Shown here piece by piece: positions 29,428-32,000 of a stretch of DNA of 32,000 nt. The translations under genes were made by a program, and so were the position numbers. The notes beneath the pieces are model-generated. The model worked only from the letters and a program-made list of their open reading frames with translations. It searched no databases and was not told the origin of the DNA. Position 1 is the first letter of the stretch, and every line of letters begins with the position of its first letter. The DNA is from Clostridiales bacterium (GTDB taxonomy: Bacteria; Bacillota; Clostridia; Christensenellales; Aristaeellaceae): contig SFIM01000001.1 in assembly GCA_004556155.1 (NCBI GenBank), positions 7,058-39,057 on the forward strand, written 5' to 3'.

Positions 29428-29586
29428 CTAAGCACGGACGTTCTGTATTGTATCACAAATCCATGGTGCTGCGCCAATAGCACAAGAAAAAAACATCGTT
29501 GGGGCGCTGAAGAAATTCCCCTGGGTAAGCACATCATCGTATATATTCTTGGACGATTGATAGGCTTCTTTTATTTTATCCGCCAT
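29428..29586 (-). pseudogene. Possible 52-codon remnant of a methyltransferase-like N-terminus
   Basis: My translation is MADKIKEAYQSSKNIYDDVLTQGNFFSAPTMFFSCAIGAAPWICDTIQNVRA*. The KxxYxxSxxIYDDVLT opening resembles a clostridial class I methyltransferase family (from memory). There is no convincing RBS, and the ORF is too short for the ORF track. Confidence 0.2.
29447..29455 (-). promoter_or_regulatory. Candidate extended -10 promoter (TGaTACAAT) upstream of pyrG
   Basis: The minus strand reads TGATACAAT about 130 nt before the pyrG ATG. There is no good -35. Confidence 0.35.
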
Positions 29587-29644
29587 ATTGCTTTGCCATC
29601 CAATCTTCGTTCAATTCATTTTTCATGCCCGCGCCAAGCCTTGC

Positions 29645-29914
29645 TCAGCCAATCAGCACCGCGACGCCGGCCAGCGCAAGGATCAGGTACAGTATCGTGG
29701 CCAGGCTCCGCTTGATCAGCACGTCCTTCCAGGGCTTGATGTAAGGCACGCCCTCCATGCCCTTGATGCGCCAGATCTTGCTGTGTCCTACCCATAGCCG
29801 GTCGATCACAAGCCCGCGCCGGTGTGCTTCTTCTATGTATGCCTTGGAATAGAAATACAGGCAGCGAAGCCCGCTGTTGCCTACCGCGCATTTTATTAGC
29901 AGAATATACAGCAA
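29645..29914 (-). CDS. Hypothetical small protein with a C-terminal TM helix (possibly a gene fragment)
   Basis: 89 codons with only a TTG start. A TGA lies 2 codons upstream in the same frame. The C-terminal helix is LATILYLILALAGVAVLIG. This frame is more protein-like than the overlapping R/A-rich 102-aa frame. Confidence 0.3.
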   Translation of the reverse strand: MLYILLIKCAVGNSGLRCLYFYSKAYIEEAHRRGLVIDRLWVGHSKIWRIKGMEGVPYIKPWKDVLIKRSLATILYLILALAGVAVLIG

Positions 29915-30004
29915 ACAGTATCACGCAAGCTGCAACCGAATCGGCATTTGTACATTCTTCCTTGAACAGCTACGCTCATTTACGCTGCAGTGGAGCCCAC
30001 GCCT

Positions 30005-30865
30005 TTATCCTCGGATTTTGGGCTGATACTGCATACTGGATACATTATAGATGGTGATAAACGCCTTCGGGTCCTCGCGGTTGATAAAGCTCATCAGCTT
30101 CTGATATTCGCTTTTATCCACGATGGTGATGATCTCGTTATGTTTTTCAAAGTTATATGCGCCAATGGCCTCGTATATTGTAGCGCCGCTGTGCAGATCG
30201 TTGATGATAAACTGCCGGAGCGCCTCTTCCTTTTCGGTGATAATGCAGACGCGGCGCTTTTTATTATAGTCGAAGATGAAATAATCCAGAATGATTCCGT
30301 TAAAGTATGTGCCAAGGACGCTCAAAACCACCGTCTTTTTATCGTAAACCAGGGCAGCTGAAAGCGCCACGCACATGCCGGATAACGACATGGCCTTGCC
30401 CAGCTCGATGTGCAGGTATTTATTCATGATCTTGGCCACAATATCCAGCCCGCCGGAGGATGCGTTTCGATTAAACAGGATGCTGATGCCAATGCTGACC
30501 ACCAGAATATAACAAAGCACATCCAGCTCCTGGCTGCCTGTCAAGGATCCGGCATTGGGAAACAGTGCTTCAAAAAGCGCTAAAAATACTGACAGCATCA
30601 CGCTGGTGTAAACGGTCTTGGCGCCAAATTCCTTGCCGCAGGTGATAAAACCAATGATCAAAAGAACCACGTTCATGATCATCGTAATGGCGGACAGTGG
30701 GAGCGGTATAAAATTGGACAGCACAATGCCAAGACCCGAAATGCTGCTGACGGACGCATGGCTGGGCACCAGGAAAAAGTACACCGCTGCCGCAACGATA
30801 GCGTCCGCTCCGGTCAAAATCAGCGCTTCCTTCGCAAGATCCTTGTAATTGAGTTTCTTGTTCAT
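30005..30865 (-). CDS. YitT-family membrane protein (DUF161 repeats plus C-terminal DUF2179)
   Basis: 286 aa. Typical YitT layout, with a DUF2179-like tail HSGATIYEAIGAYNFEKHNEIITIVDKSEYQKLMSFI. Confidence 0.85.
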   Translation of the reverse strand: MNKKLNYKDLAKEALILTGADAIVAAAVYFFLVPSHASVSSISGLGIVLSNFIPLPLSAITMIMNVVLLIIGFITCGKEFGAKTVYTSVMLSVFLALFEALFPNAGSLTGSQELDVLCYILVVSIGISILFNRNASSGGLDIVAKIMNKYLHIELGKAMSLSGMCVALSAALVYDKKTVVLSVLGTYFNGIILDYFIFDYNKKRRVCIITEKEEALRQFIINDLHSGATIYEAIGAYNFEKHNEIITIVDKSEYQKLMSFINREDPKAFITIYNVSSMQYQPKIRG

Positions 30866-30902
30866 TGCCTTATTTCCTTATCTGGGAGTTTACTGATACT
30901 CC

Positions 30903-31480
30903 TCATATTAATGTAGGAACTATTTCTGCCAAGTTACGGTATTCAATCGCACAGTGTTCCGCCATGCCGCACGCCATGGCGTTGTTAATCATCAGCTTGC
31001 GCAAAATGGGATTCATCGTTCTGCCAAGCCAGAACCTGCTGGTAAGGAAAAGTCCGTCGTTTGTCTGGCGAAAAATGTGTGCCATTTCCGTATGCCAGAT
31101 CAGCCCGTTGAACGCACCCACGTGACCGCAGACAATCAATGGCACGCTGTACGCCTGCATGGCAGTTTTTGAAAAACCAAATTTCTCCGGCTTCAGAAAA
31201 TCAATGCGGAGCGGCATTCGCATTCCGCCCATTCTCTCTGTCGGAAGCTGCGTATTATCCTGAAACGGCGGCTGCGCTGCCTGCTCAAAGTAGCCCGCAC
31301 ACCGGCGTGGATAGCCAATTGCATAGTGCGCACCGGGAAATAATGCTGATATTTCCATAAAAACTCCATATACGAAATTTCGCCCGATTGCTTCGCTGCC
31401 AGCAGCGCTGCATAAGCCATTCCTCCTTTTGCTTCAGTATAGCATAGTTGGGGCCGATAATCCAGCGGAGAAATCCGCAT
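30903..31480 (-). pseudogene. DAPG-hydrolase (PhlG)-family-like gene split across two frames
   Basis: The downstream frame (30903-31358) carries SRFWLG and AEHCAIEYRNLAEIVPTL (an H-x3-E pattern recalled for the PhlG zinc site). The upstream frame (to ATG 31480) ends ...ISYMEFLWKYQHYFP and joins ...GAHYAIGYP if one nucleotide is added in the run at 31335-31337. The family call is from memory. Confidence 0.45.
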
Positions 31481-31706
31481 GGCGCATGGTTTTAATAGCT
31501 TTGTCAGCCGCTCGTTTCAAGGCATAATGGCACGTAGCATGAACGGCCGACGAAGCGCCATTTCTATGCGCACGGGAATTTTCCATTTATACCCTGAAAA
31601 CGGCCTATTCCTGCGTTTTACGCCAAAGGATAGAGAATCTCGCATAATCTGGCGAATTCGGCAAACAATACGAGGGCATCAGCAACGCAAAAAAGGAGTG
31701 GCTTGG

Positions 31707-32000
31707 ATGAAAGCGACAGGCATTGTACGCAGAATCGATGAGCTGGGCCGTGTGGTAATTCCCAAGGAAATACGCAGAACGCTGCGTATTCGGGAAGGCG
31801 ACCCGCTGGAAATCTATACGGACAGGGACGGCGAGGTGATTTTGAAAAAGTACTCGCCCATTGGGGAAATGTCCTCCTTCGCCAAGGATTACACCGAGTC
31901 GATTTTCCGCTCCCTGGGGCATATTGCCTGCATTGTGGATCGGGATCAGGTGGTGGCGGTCAGCGGCGTAAACAAAAAGGAGCTGTGGGATAAACCCATC
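31707..32000 (+). CDS. spoVT: Stage V sporulation protein T (AbrB-family regulator), 3' end outside the window
   Basis: Not in the ORF track because there is no stop in the window. AAAGGAG RBS lies 8 nt before the ATG at 31707. My translation is MKATGIVRRIDELGRVVIPKEIRRTLRIREGDPLEIYTDRDGEVILKKYSPIGEMSSFAKDY..., an AbrB SpoVT-type swapped-hairpin N-domain followed by the start of the GAF-like domain. Confidence 0.85.
   Translation, partial: MKATGIVRRIDELGRVVIPKEIRRTLRIREGDPLEIYTDRDGEVILKKYSPIGEMSSFAKDYTESIFRSLGHIACIVDRDQVVAVSGVNKKELWDKPI

Noticed and set aside
31642-31672. A forespore sigma-G/sigma-F promoter upstream of spoVT, starting from GCATA at 31642
   Set aside because: The -10 region at the required 17-19-nt spacing (ACAATAC / CAATACG) does not fit the CAHWHTA consensus as I recall it, so I cannot support the call.
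31605-31922. A 105-aa minus-strand ORF
   Set aside because: It lies antisense to a clear SpoVT N-terminus with a good RBS, and it has no features of its own.

Overview
High-GC (roughly 60% or more) chromosomal segment that looks like a spore-forming Clostridia genome (spoIIP, spoVT and a CtpB-like S41 protease are present). It is densely coding. I found no rRNA, tRNA, CRISPR array, transposase or integrase. Housekeeping genes (guaB, proS, pyrG, deoC, a DEAD-box helicase, an AlsE-like epimerase) are interleaved with envelope and transport genes: an HdeD-like protein, an MMPL transporter, a secreted Pip/YhgE-like coiled-coil protein, a fused MacB-type ABC transporter, a YbiR-like permease, an Amidase_3 enzyme and SpoIIP. 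Several ORF-track starts are upstream extensions on TTG/GTG or non-RBS ATG codons, and I re-set them using Shine-Dalgarno spacing. A partial spoVT at the right edge is absent from the ORF track because it has no stop in the window. Items worth a second look: (1) a signal-peptide-bearing flavoenzyme with two FMN_bind modules and a fumarate-reductase-type FAD domain, with no partner genes nearby; (2) an ECF sigma factor gene interrupted by an in-frame TAG where a conserved Trp codon is expected, still ATGA-coupled to its anti-sigma gene; (3) a 3'UTR with three consecutive stable hairpins sharing a CTTTCTT/AAGAAAG arm core, which recurs at 23.8 kb; (4) a visibly AT-richer patch (about 29.4-31.65 kb) with decayed genes, including a DAPG-hydrolase-like gene split by a 1-nt frameshift in a homopolymer; (5) a roughly 350-nt GC-rich non-coding stretch ending in a terminator-like hairpin just upstream of the proS promoter, which is not a T-box. 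I did not find a recognisable defence or mobile system. The many long antisense ORFs are high-GC shadow frames.
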